Positions 9,031 to 18,388 of a DNA stretch of 64,000 nt are shown piece after piece. The position numbers and the translations under genes were made by a program. Numbering within the stretch: position 1 is the first letter of the stretch; the number at the start of each line of letters is the position of its first letter. Source of the DNA: Candidatus Thorarchaeota archaeon (GTDB lineage Archaea > Asgardarchaeota > Thorarchaeia > Thorarchaeales > Thorarchaeaceae); NCBI GenBank assembly GCA_020348985.1, contig CP070761.1, forward strand, positions 2,433,087 through 2,497,086, written 5' to 3'. Below the pieces are notes generated by a model. It made no database searches. It saw nothing but the letters and a program-made list of their open reading frames with translations, and was not told the DNA's origin.

Positions 9031-10317
9031 TTGGCGATTGGAATGCCTCAAACGGACTTTCCTTCAGTCCTGGAAATCAAAGATCCACTCCATGGGTATG
9101 TACACCTGAGTGAGTTGGAGAAATCGATTCTTGACCTGCGACTTACACAGAGACTGCGTGGGATAAAGTCGCCTTCAGGAGTACATTTGGTCTATCCTGG
9201 TGCAGACATTTCCTCGCTTGGTTTGCTTCTCGGGACGATGAATGTAACTCAGCTCTTTTTCGAGTATCTCGATGCTGAACTTGACGAAATAATCCGTGCT
9301 CGTCTTGCAGCAATGCTATTCGGGCTTGCGATTGGCCCATGGTCAAATGTTATGGAAGAGTATCTTACCGTGAGAGGATTGGACCGTACCAAAGTTGCCA
9401 AGTTAATTGTCACGAACTCCCAAGTTGGGGATATCATTAAGAAATCCACGTTATCCAAAAGCGAAGTAATCGAACTCCTAGATAAGGGAGTCCTCTTGAA
9501 AGGACTTCGAATCGATCTTCTCCATACGCCGATAAACCCGATACTTATTGACCGCTTGGAAAGAGATGCATACTTTGCTGGAGTTGAATATGCCCAGGTA
9601 GAGTATCGAAGGCTTTTCACAGAGACCAGAATCGCCAAGAACAAAGTTGCATTCTATCGCGGGTCCCTATTTACACTTGAATCGTATCTATCCGCAGGTA
9701 CGACAATGTTTGAGGCAGTTTATTATCACAAGACTGTGAGAGCGGGAGAACTCCTTCAACTGAGGATTCTTGACGAGGCCGGAGCTCACATCTTTCCATC
9801 TCCTGAGAAGGAAACTGAGGACTTCCTTAAATGCGATGACCTCACGATTACTGATATTCTTCTCAGAGTGCCCTCCGACGCCCCTCAAGAGTTTCAAAAT
9901 GCAGGCGAGCTCTTCGGAGACCTAAGGAAGAGGTATCTTCCAAAGATGGCTAGTCTTCGCGCAATCTCGGATGCTGAATTCCTAGAGAAGATCTCAACTC
10001 CCGATGGTCTTTTCTCCGTTGAGAGAGAGATCGCAGAGGGCTGCGATATCGATCCGAGCAATGTCTATGTTGATTTTCCCGATCGACCGTCCGTCAGCTA
10101 CTATCCCGGAAAGCTGCCGATTGATGACATTGTGCTATTCGAACGTGGCACAAAAGGTTACGAGTTCTGGCCATTGACAGAGATGAGTGAGATCGCTCGA
10201 AGCTTCACTCGGAGACTGAAACCAGTTAGAGTGTACACTACTCGAGGGTACAGGGCGAAGGTCAAGAAAGTTGCTGACAGTTTACTTGAAAGCGTTGACT
10301 ATCCAGGTTCACCATAG
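9031..10317 (+). CDS. HD-domain dNTPase (YwfO/SAMHD1-like) homolog with degenerate metal-binding motifs
   Basis: IKDPLHGYV, QRLRGIK..LVYPGA and VYYHKTVR retained; H and HD ligands replaced. Confidence 0.8.
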   Translation: MAIGMPQTDFPSVLEIKDPLHGYVHLSELEKSILDLRLTQRLRGIKSPSGVHLVYPGADISSLGLLLGTMNVTQLFFEYLDAELDEIIRARLAAMLFGLAIGPWSNVMEEYLTVRGLDRTKVAKLIVTNSQVGDIIKKSTLSKSEVIELLDKGVLLKGLRIDLLHTPINPILIDRLERDAYFAGVEYAQVEYRRLFTETRIAKNKVAFYRGSLFTLESYLSAGTTMFEAVYYHKTVRAGELLQLRILDEAGAHIFPSPEKETEDFLKCDDLTITDILLRVPSDAPQEFQNAGELFGDLRKRYLPKMASLRAISDAEFLEKISTPDGLFSVEREIAEGCDIDPSNVYVDFPDRPSVSYYPGKLPIDDIVLFERGTKGYEFWPLTEMSEIARSFTRRLKPVRVYTTRGYRAKVKKVADSLLESVDYPGSP

Positions 10318-10410
10318 AAGACAGGTGTCCCCCGTGCACTCCAAGACGCACTTCCTATGGCATGAATCTTCTTAAGTATTGGAATCATCGTTTGCACTGG
10401 ACTTCGGTGA

Positions 10411-12693
10411 GTGGCAGTGTTCTCTTGCAAGAAGTGTGGCAACCCCTTATACATCAGAAGTGCCGAGCTCAAAGACCGCATTCTGAAGATGGAAGTCAGC
10501 TGCATTCGTGGTCATAAGACTGTCCGACGTTTGGCGGATCATCAAGCTCAGGATATGGCTGAGGACCTATTCGATCGAATCTTCGTCTGCGTTGAATGTG
10601 GCCTGAATATGACACAAATGGCCACTGAGATAGACGGCGAACAGGCCGAAAGCCTCTTTCTGTGCCCCATTCATGGTCCTCAGAAACGGGACTTCCCCTC
10701 CCAATTCTTGCCTGCTGTCAGTCTTTTGAGTGCTGATGTCGACGTTTCACAGTCCGTTGTTGACTCCTTCAGATGTTTGGATTGTGGACAAGTGTATGCA
10801 ATCAGTGACATCGTTGAGCGAGACCTCCACTACAAGATGGACGTACAGTGCCCAAACGGACACAAGAATCGGCGATACGTTGCTGTTGATGCTGAGGAGG
10901 ATCTGATGAAGACAATAATGCAACGCGTTGCGCACTGTGACAGATGCGGACTCCCTGGTCACATCACATCTGTAGGCGAGAAGTCCAAGATAGCAAGGTT
11001 GTATGCATCATGTCCCGTTCATGGTACCACAAAGAAAGATGTTGCATTGAGACTACTTCCAACGGTTCAAGAAGCTGTGAGCGAAATACCTGAAGATGCA
11101 ATAGTCAAAGGAATGCTTGTCTCATCAGATTGTAAACGACCTTTGGCGATAAGGGCAATAGAGCCGGATAAAGCCGGTTACAGGTTTAGAACGGCATGTC
11201 CTGGAAGGGGACAAACCACTTCCAGGACACTTCCGGTTAATTGGACCGAACTAGTCAGTAAAAGAATTGCAGCTGCTGTTCTGACTTGTAACGAATGTGG
11301 TCACCTCACTCACATGCAGGACATCAGGAAAGACAGAAAGAAGGTTGACTTCGAAATCGTCTGTCCAATCCATGGCGTCATGAAGAGATCAACGCCACCT
11401 GATGTCTTCGAACATATTTCTGCAGTCGAGCCGGAAATAGATAGGTTGCCGTCTGTGATACGATCTCTGAGCTGCGAGAGGTGCTCAATGCCAATTCATG
11501 TAAGAGATGTTGAAGACAGGCGTGGACTCACTGAACTGGACGGGGAGTGTAGGAATGGACACCGAGTAAGAAGGTTCTTTCCACAGAATCTCGATCAAGG
11601 AACTCTAGTGGACCTCTACAAGAATCTCTACAGATGCCCTGAATGTTATGACCAGCTCGACCTAGTCTACGCAGAACCTCAGGGAAGGGAGTCTCGGGTT
11701 GTCCTTCTTTGTCCTGTGCATGGCAAGTACGTTCTGGACATCCCTCACGATCATGCAAAAGCAATGGAAACCGCATATGATGAGCTTGAGGCTGACAAAG
11801 TCACCCCTCCTGTTGAGGCACCTCCCCATGAGAAGGCTACTGTGATTGAGTCCGAGGCTGACAGTCCCGAGACCCCTGAGGATGACGTCGTAGTCTATCG
11901 AGGCTGCGAAGTCGTAGGCGGCAAATTCGATTACAAGGTAAAAGTCGTCAACGACAGTGGTTATGTCATAACGAATGTCACAGTAAGCATTGTAGCCTAT
12001 CCGAAGGATTGTCTCGAAACAGGCGGCGAGACCGTGAAGACTATCTCGCGAATTGAGATTGACGGATTTCGAAGTCCGTCGTTTACGTTCTTCCCAACAA
12101 AGGACTGTGTGCAGGGCAAGATTGTCGCCACGGCGTCCTACATTGACTTTCGAGACCAGCTACATACTTTGCAGGTGGAGCCGTTTATCATTAGGTCTGT
12201 GTGCGATCTACTCAAACCGATGGAGGCGACGAGCAAGCAGTTCGATTTGGTACTAAGCAATCTTACGCGAACGGAACAAGAGCAGGCTCTTGACTGGAAT
12301 GCTCAGATTCTCTTCACCAAAGCAGAGAAGCTACTTCCTGCAAAGAACTTCCACATAGTAGATTCAGATGAGAAGATTGTTGGTGGGCAGTTTATCGGAA
12401 CAATACGCGGCTATGCTGAAGGCAAGTACACAGGCAAGAAAGTTGCAGTCATATTCATGATTACCGGACCCGAAATCGGGAGACATGCGACAGTCAAGGT
12501 CGAGGCACTAGGTGAAGATATCGCAATGCTGCCTACTACGATAGACGAGCTTGCCGAAACTATCGATTCGTGGATTTGCCTTAGATGCGGTGCTCCTTTG
12601 GCACCCGAAGAAGTTGATGAATTGGGTCAACGTGAACCAATCAGATGTCGGTACTGTGCTCACACACTCACCATTGCGCTTTACCTGCAATGA
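10411..12693 (+). CDS. Multi zinc-finger repeat protein with C-terminal adaptin/COP appendage-like domain and Zn ribbon
   Basis: Eight CxxC-x~21-C(xxGH/PxHG) repeats, Pro/acidic linker, Ig-like plus platform-like region, terminal CxxC..CxxC. Confidence 0.7.
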   Translation: MAVFSCKKCGNPLYIRSAELKDRILKMEVSCIRGHKTVRRLADHQAQDMAEDLFDRIFVCVECGLNMTQMATEIDGEQAESLFLCPIHGPQKRDFPSQFLPAVSLLSADVDVSQSVVDSFRCLDCGQVYAISDIVERDLHYKMDVQCPNGHKNRRYVAVDAEEDLMKTIMQRVAHCDRCGLPGHITSVGEKSKIARLYASCPVHGTTKKDVALRLLPTVQEAVSEIPEDAIVKGMLVSSDCKRPLAIRAIEPDKAGYRFRTACPGRGQTTSRTLPVNWTELVSKRIAAAVLTCNECGHLTHMQDIRKDRKKVDFEIVCPIHGVMKRSTPPDVFEHISAVEPEIDRLPSVIRSLSCERCSMPIHVRDVEDRRGLTELDGECRNGHRVRRFFPQNLDQGTLVDLYKNLYRCPECYDQLDLVYAEPQGRESRVVLLCPVHGKYVLDIPHDHAKAMETAYDELEADKVTPPVEAPPHEKATVIESEADSPETPEDDVVVYRGCEVVGGKFDYKVKVVNDSGYVITNVTVSIVAYPKDCLETGGETVKTISRIEIDGFRSPSFTFFPTKDCVQGKIVATASYIDFRDQLHTLQVEPFIIRSVCDLLKPMEATSKQFDLVLSNLTRTEQEQALDWNAQILFTKAEKLLPAKNFHIVDSDEKIVGGQFIGTIRGYAEGKYTGKKVAVIFMITGPEIGRHATVKVEALGEDIAMLPTTIDELAETIDSWICLRCGAPLAPEEVDELGQREPIRCRYCAHTLTIALYLQ

Positions 12694-13405
12694 GCTTGTT
12701 CAGCCACTTGTAGATCGGAGTCATCTTCTTGCACTGCTCAAATACCTCATCGACAAGATCCGGTCTAGTCAAGACTGGTTTCTGGATACTCGGTCCAATT
12801 GAGTAGAGGCCATTATACTTCAGCAGAGCCGCTCGTTTGTGGTCCGGATCGTAGCCTCCTGGCACTTTCTTGAAGTGTTCCTTCCCGACTGTATAGCCTT
12901 CTTTCGAGCTGACCTTCGAGACCGCCTTCTCTAGAGCAGGACCCATTATCTCGTGATCGACAGCCTCCCTGTATGTCGCAAGAAGCGGCTTTGGGAAGAC
13001 ATGAAGTCCACCATAGATGCCCCCTTCCTCAGAAGACATCCAGAACATAAATCCAGGATTCTCCGTCTTCTTTCCAATTCCTTCCCAGAATATCGTCCTA
13101 AGATAATCGTAGTATGGGCGTTTGTCTTTGCTGAACCTAATGTCGCGGTAGATTCTCATTATTGATCCTCTGCCGCCGGTACTAGTGTCGTACTCAAGTC
13201 CTTCTGAGATAGTCCTGAGCTTCCTTCCTAAGGTAGAAACAAATGATTGTGCTGGCTTTAGAACATATTCCTGGTAATCACCTTTGTGTTCATTGAACCA
13301 TTCTCGTTCATTATTCCTACCTAGTTCCTTGAAGAACAAGAGTGCCTTCTTTGGAAACCCCTCGAAAGGTTCTGATTCTGTCATTAACTGTCGTCCTCGA
13401 CCCAA
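12668..13405 (-). CDS. DUF2461 family protein
   Basis: NNEREWFNEHK..Y, RIYRDIRFSKDKRPY, KKVPGGYDPDH. Confidence 0.9.
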   Translation of the reverse strand: MGRGRQLMTESEPFEGFPKKALLFFKELGRNNEREWFNEHKGDYQEYVLKPAQSFVSTLGRKLRTISEGLEYDTSTGGRGSIMRIYRDIRFSKDKRPYYDYLRTIFWEGIGKKTENPGFMFWMSSEEGGIYGGLHVFPKPLLATYREAVDHEIMGPALEKAVSKVSSKEGYTVGKEHFKKVPGGYDPDHKRAALLKYNGLYSIGPSIQKPVLTRPDLVDEVFEQCKKMTPIYKWLNKLIAGKAQW

Positions 13406-13972
13406 TTAATCGCCAATCCATTCAATAGAGGTTTGCTTTCGGGCATCTAGGTGGGTCATTATCCTATCTACTATAGAATCAACAAGGTCATCGACAGTCT
13501 TCGGTTTGTGCCAGAAAGCTGGGCTTGCAGGTATGATAGTCGCGCCTGCTTCGGTAACAGCAGCCATGTTGCGGATGTGTATCAGATTAAGGGGGGTCTC
13601 ACGTGGAACTAGAACAAGTCTTCTTCTTTCCTTCAAGCTGCAGTCCGCGGCCCTAACGACAAGATTGTCCGCGTAGCCATGCGCAATGCCAGCCAGTGTC
13701 TTCATGGTACATGGAACCACAACCATTGCATCGAGGTGAAAGCTACCGCTGGATGGGCTTGCTGCCATATCGTCCTCATCATAGACTTTGTCAACTTCCT
13801 TGGCTAGATCTGCTCTCGTCATGCCTAGCTCGTAACCAAGGGTCTTTTCCCCCCACTTTGTCACAATGAGGTGGACCTCATGGCCTTCTTTTTTCAGTGC
13901 TCTGAGCAAGCGGACTCCATAGATTGCTCCGCTCGCGCCTGTAATGCAGAGCAGAAATCGCTTTGATGACAT
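13406..13972 (-). CDS. ubiX: Flavin prenyltransferase UbiX
   Basis: ITGASGAIYG, SSGS, PCTMKTL, LKERRRLVLVPRETP. Confidence 0.93.
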   Translation of the reverse strand: MSSKRFLLCITGASGAIYGVRLLRALKKEGHEVHLIVTKWGEKTLGYELGMTRADLAKEVDKVYDEDDMAASPSSGSFHLDAMVVVPCTMKTLAGIAHGYADNLVVRAADCSLKERRRLVLVPRETPLNLIHIRNMAAVTEAGATIIPASPAFWHKPKTVDDLVDSIVDRIMTHLDARKQTSIEWIGD

Positions 13973-14054
13973 GGTGATTTCCGGACATCACAGGAACTTC
14001 CAATGCATATGACTTCTACCTTTTGCCCATTTGATTGGTCTTAGAGCACAAGGA

Positions 14055-15896
14055 CTAGAATAGGAAAGATAGAATGATTGATAGAAGGATGACGGCAGAC
14101 CCAGTTAGTTTGCCCTCTTTCTTGGCAATCTCCCAAGCCTCGACAATGTCTGCGGTGAGTGTGTCAAATCCCTTTGCTCCGAATGTTCTTAGATTTTGCA
14201 CCAGCCCCTTCCCGATTCCTATCTGACTCGGCACAGCTTTCTGTCGGGCAGTTTCAACGGTGGATCGAATAGCTTCGACTACAATTTCTTTGTGATGCCT
14301 TCCAACAGGTGGATATCCTCTGCTGGAGAGAGAAATTGCATTCACAATGTGTGTATCGGTCGTAGTCACTTCAGAAGACACAAACCCCATCGACTCAAGC
14401 ATCCCAATGATTTCCTCTCTCATCCCTGGTTCCATGTTGTTCCCGTCGATTGACACAAGCGCTGAGTCAACTTTGCCTCTTCTCACGACTAGGACGCAGA
14501 TACCCCCTGGACCGATTCCCTCTTGTTTAGAAATAGAGTCAATCGACTGTCTATGAAATCCTATGGAGAACCTGGAGGCTTGCATCGCGAATCCATCAGA
14601 GACGGCATTGGCTACTGACTCTACATACTTGGCTGCATCAGGGTCTCCCGGCATTACGGAGACTGCGGTGTCATCAATACAGTTGTGAGCATCAGCTATT
14701 GCCACGGTGCCAACAACGCCAGTTCTCTCCTTGACCGCCTTGATAGCTTCCTGAGCTACTTCCAACGCAATATCATCAGTGAATTCCGGAGCACTTGTTG
14801 TGATTGCGAGAACATCGTTTCTGGCGAATATCGTCCACACCTTGAACTTGCTACTGCTGCTCCAGAGCGGTCCTGCGGACTTTTCAGTGACTTCCGTTTC
14901 TCGGAGGAGTCTATCTATCTCATCAAGAATAGCAGGGATGTCATCCTTCGTTGTTAGATTCTGATGGTGCGTGCATGTGCCATGAAGGACCATGGCAGGA
15001 ATGCCATGAGTCGATTCTATGTGGTCAATGACTATTGATGGGAGCTCGCTGCTTCCCAGGTCTCTGAAGGGACCCGGATGAATATGCAGTATGGCCACTG
15101 CCCCGGAGATATTACGTTCACTCTTGAAGACGACCACATCAACTGGAATGTCCTGTTCGACTGCAATCTGCGTCAAGAGCTTCTCAAATGGCTCTGAATT
15201 GTCACAAAGATAGTCATGCCCAAAGGCTCTCAGTAGAGCTGGACCGTTTATGCCAAGGTCTCTCTCGAACGGGACGCTGACCGCCAAGAAGACGCGACGA
15301 ACAGCGTATGATGACAGAATGATGAGTCCAATAACAGGTATAGGCCAAAAGACGGATAGTCCAAGAATGAACCAACCAATGTAAGCAAGCAGAGTGACTG
15401 TCATCAGCCATGTCAATGCTGGCAGCGAAGCAGACAGGAAATTCCGAATGATATGGCGGTCGCTAAGACCTGTAACAAGGAATGACGCCAGCATATATGA
15501 GAGTCCGAGGCCAAGAAGCATCAACCTCGGCTCGAAGTAGATCGTATCAAACAAGAAGTCAATAATCCCACCAATCAGGCCCAAGACGAACCAAATCAAG
15601 ATTGCATATTGGACAACTCCAGCAGTTCTACGGAGGTCTAAGGGGGATTCTCTTACCCGAACTGCTGCATAGAGCAATCCGGTTCCTAGAATTGATGGAA
15701 CTGCAAGTGTAATCAAGTAGAACGCAAATAACGACAGGTCACCAAATCTGGCCCATCGAAGCGCCGCAAGTGCCACACCGAAGAGTATGACTGAAAGGAC
15801 TATTCGAATGACAATGCCTTTCATTGTAGGTAGTTGCCATACCTTCGAATAGAGTCTGACAGTTTCTTTGACTTTCGCCTTCTCTCCCAAGGGCAC
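14055..15896 (-). CDS. DUF2070 family membrane protein (ceramidase-like)
   Basis: N-terminal TMs; HPGPFRDLGSS, HGTCTH, DAHN, DGNNM, TTDTH motifs. Confidence 0.85.
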   Translation of the reverse strand: MPLGEKAKVKETVRLYSKVWQLPTMKGIVIRIVLSVILFGVALAALRWARFGDLSLFAFYLITLAVPSILGTGLLYAAVRVRESPLDLRRTAGVVQYAILIWFVLGLIGGIIDFLFDTIYFEPRLMLLGLGLSYMLASFLVTGLSDRHIIRNFLSASLPALTWLMTVTLLAYIGWFILGLSVFWPIPVIGLIILSSYAVRRVFLAVSVPFERDLGINGPALLRAFGHDYLCDNSEPFEKLLTQIAVEQDIPVDVVVFKSERNISGAVAILHIHPGPFRDLGSSELPSIVIDHIESTHGIPAMVLHGTCTHHQNLTTKDDIPAILDEIDRLLRETEVTEKSAGPLWSSSSKFKVWTIFARNDVLAITTSAPEFTDDIALEVAQEAIKAVKERTGVVGTVAIADAHNCIDDTAVSVMPGDPDAAKYVESVANAVSDGFAMQASRFSIGFHRQSIDSISKQEGIGPGGICVLVVRRGKVDSALVSIDGNNMEPGMREEIIGMLESMGFVSSEVTTTDTHIVNAISLSSRGYPPVGRHHKEIVVEAIRSTVETARQKAVPSQIGIGKGLVQNLRTFGAKGFDTLTADIVEAWEIAKKEGKLTGSAVILLSIILSFLF

Positions 15897-15979
15897 TCCA
15901 CCTGAAAGGTTCCTCTACCGCTGGTCCTTGACGTCTTATCAAGATTGTCAAAGGAAGGTTTCTCACCTATATGAGAAGC

Positions 15980-16012
15980 TTTATATCGCATTCGATATCA
16001 CATTCGATATAA
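15980..16012 (+). promoter_or_regulatory. TATA box overlapped by tandem palindromic operator (likely PadR autoregulatory site)
   Basis: TTTATA followed by ATATCG-CATT-CGATAT and ATATCA-CATT-CGATAT overlapping boxes; outer inverted repeat TTATATCG/CGATATAA. Confidence 0.6.
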
Positions 16013-16023
16013 CTGAAGAAGGA

Positions 16024-16560
16024 ATGGGCTCGATGAATGTTAGCGAATGCGATGAAGATGTAAGAATGCCTCACACAATACCACGTGGGCTACTTCGTCT
16101 CATTGTTATGACGCTGCTGAAGGACCAAGACATGACTGGATCTGAAATAATGGATACACTTGCCAAACGTCACGGAGGCAAGTGGAGACCTAGTCCTGGT
16201 TCAATCTACCCCTTATTGGAGTCACTTAGTGAGAAAGGACTCATCGAGGTAGTTGGTACGGAAGGCCGCAGCAAGACATATGGCCTGACAGAGGTTGGAA
16301 AAGCACACATCAAGGCTGCGATTAGTCGTAAGGGCGACTTTGAGCACAAAGCCAGACTAGGTCGAAGCCTATGGCTCAACCTTCTTGAGCCAGGTCATAG
16401 AGCACACTTCTTCGTTTCAGGAATGAACGCCACTCTGGAGCTTCTAGGCGAGCTTGTTCCAGAACTGAGTCCTGCTCAGAAAAGCAAGATATATGATCGC
16501 CTAGGGAAACTTGCAGAGAAGCTCGGCAATCTTCAAACTCACTTCAAGACAGGAGCATAG
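16024..16560 (+). CDS. PadR family transcriptional regulator
   Basis: RGLLRLIVMTLL, WRPSPGSIYPLL, KTYGLTEVG; upstream part of the ORF-track call overlaps the promoter and divergent gene. Confidence 0.88.
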   Translation: MGSMNVSECDEDVRMPHTIPRGLLRLIVMTLLKDQDMTGSEIMDTLAKRHGGKWRPSPGSIYPLLESLSEKGLIEVVGTEGRSKTYGLTEVGKAHIKAAISRKGDFEHKARLGRSLWLNLLEPGHRAHFFVSGMNATLELLGELVPELSPAQKSKIYDRLGKLAEKLGNLQTHFKTGA

Positions 16561-16564
16561 AGAC

Positions 16565-18388
16565 ATGGAAAACATCGACATCAAGAAAAAACGGACCCCG
16601 CTCGGATACATGTTGGGTGGTCTCCTTAGACATCCGGGTGCGATTGCCTTCGCAATAATCATGACAATAATTTCCACACTTCTGATCACTTTCCCGATGG
16701 TCTTTCTCGGATTTGCCGTGGATGAGCTTGAGGCATCATCCGCAATAACACCGGCATTCATGAGCTTTGTGTGGTACATTGTCATTGTCACTTTGGTTTA
16801 CATGGTGCTCTACTTCGGAGTAGGATACGTCTGGGCATTAGTGACGCTCCGCTGGGAAAGAGATGCGAGACAGGAGTTCTTCGAGATACTTCAAGAGAAC
16901 AGCATGACTTTCCATGATGAGATTGACAGCAAGAGACTACTATCTGTTGCCATGCAGGACTTAAACTGGGTGAGATTGTCACTAAACCCGGCCCTTCGTA
17001 ACATTGTCGGTGGTCTTGCTTCTTTTGGAATAACAGGTATTCTTCTAGCACTTGTTGATCAACAGATTGGAGGGGGAGGACTCCCTGTTCTCACCCTGTT
17101 GATGTTGATAGGCACTCCAATCTATCTGATATTCGCCTACAAGTATGCAAGCGCAGTAGAGCCAGTCAGGAGAAAACGGTCTGAAACGATGGAGAGAATG
17201 ACCTCCATTTCCCAGGGAGTCTTCGCTGGAATCGAAGTTGTAAGGGCTTTTGGAGCTGAAGATAGAGAGACAGAGAAGTTCTACGAAACATCGAAAGTGT
17301 ACGAGGAGGTTGTAGCCAAGGAAGGCCGTCTTGCGGCTTTCTACATCCCCGCTCTTGTCCTCATTGCAATAACCACGATCGCCTTCTTCTATGGAGGTAC
17401 CGCTGTTCTCAATGGGGATATGACATCAGGCACTTTCGTTCAGGTTCTGACTTTGCTAGTAGCTCTCACATTTCTCAATTTCCAACTGCCGTGGATGCTC
17501 TTGATGCTTCGGGGTGGCATCGTCAATTCAAGAAGAATCGTGGACATTCTCAATTGGGAAGACCCACTTGTCGAACCGGAACTCCCTGTCCAAGTAGACT
17601 GGTCGGGGGACATTGCTTTCGACAATGTTAGCTTCTGCTACAATTCATCAAACGGGAACAATGGCCATTATGCCCTGAAGAACCTCAACCTCACAATACC
17701 CGGCGGCTCAAGAGTTGCACTAATAGGCGGACCTGGCGGCGGCAAGTCCACAATCCTGAAGCTGCTTCTTAGGCTCTATGATCCAACCGAGGGGGCTGTG
17801 AGCGTGGGTGGAATCGACCTAAGAGATGTCTGCACAAAGGACGTACGTGACGCCGTTGGGATTGTTGAACAGGATATCTTTCTGTTCAGAATGAGCGTTC
17901 GCGACAATATCGCGTTTGGACGTAAAGACGCAACACTTGAAGAAGTCAAGGAAGCTGCAGAGAGAGCTCAAGCCACAGAATTCATAGAAGAACTGCCTGA
18001 GGAATACGAGTCAATGGTGGGAGAGCGCGGAATGACCTTGAGCGGGGGTCAACGTCAGAGGCTGGCAATAGCCCGTGCTTTAATCCAGGATCCGAAGATT
18101 CTGTTGCTAGACGATTCAGTCAGTGCTATTGATGCTCAGACTGAGTTTCTAATGAGAAAAGCGCTTGATGAGGCACTAGTGGGTAGGACTAGTATCACTG
18201 TTACACAGAGGCTACGTACGCTAATCGAGTCTGATATTGTGATCATAGTCGATAAGGGTCAGCTAGTCGCCGTCGGGCCTCATGATGAGCTCATTCGAAC
18301 CTCGGAACAATATCGCCGAGTCTTTGAGCGACTTCCCGGGGCAGCCCGACTCCTGACCACTGCAGATACTCCTGGAGGTGCTGCGTAA
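16565..18388 (+). CDS. ABC exporter half-transporter (degenerate-site subunit)
   Basis: TMD plus NBD: GGPGGGKS, LSGGQ, Walker B LLLDD (E>D), switch Q (VTQR). Confidence 0.9.
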   Translation: MENIDIKKKRTPLGYMLGGLLRHPGAIAFAIIMTIISTLLITFPMVFLGFAVDELEASSAITPAFMSFVWYIVIVTLVYMVLYFGVGYVWALVTLRWERDARQEFFEILQENSMTFHDEIDSKRLLSVAMQDLNWVRLSLNPALRNIVGGLASFGITGILLALVDQQIGGGGLPVLTLLMLIGTPIYLIFAYKYASAVEPVRRKRSETMERMTSISQGVFAGIEVVRAFGAEDRETEKFYETSKVYEEVVAKEGRLAAFYIPALVLIAITTIAFFYGGTAVLNGDMTSGTFVQVLTLLVALTFLNFQLPWMLLMLRGGIVNSRRIVDILNWEDPLVEPELPVQVDWSGDIAFDNVSFCYNSSNGNNGHYALKNLNLTIPGGSRVALIGGPGGGKSTILKLLLRLYDPTEGAVSVGGIDLRDVCTKDVRDAVGIVEQDIFLFRMSVRDNIAFGRKDATLEEVKEAAERAQATEFIEELPEEYESMVGERGMTLSGGQRQRLAIARALIQDPKILLLDDSVSAIDAQTEFLMRKALDEALVGRTSITVTQRLRTLIESDIVIIVDKGQLVAVGPHDELIRTSEQYRRVFERLPGAARLLTTADTPGGAA

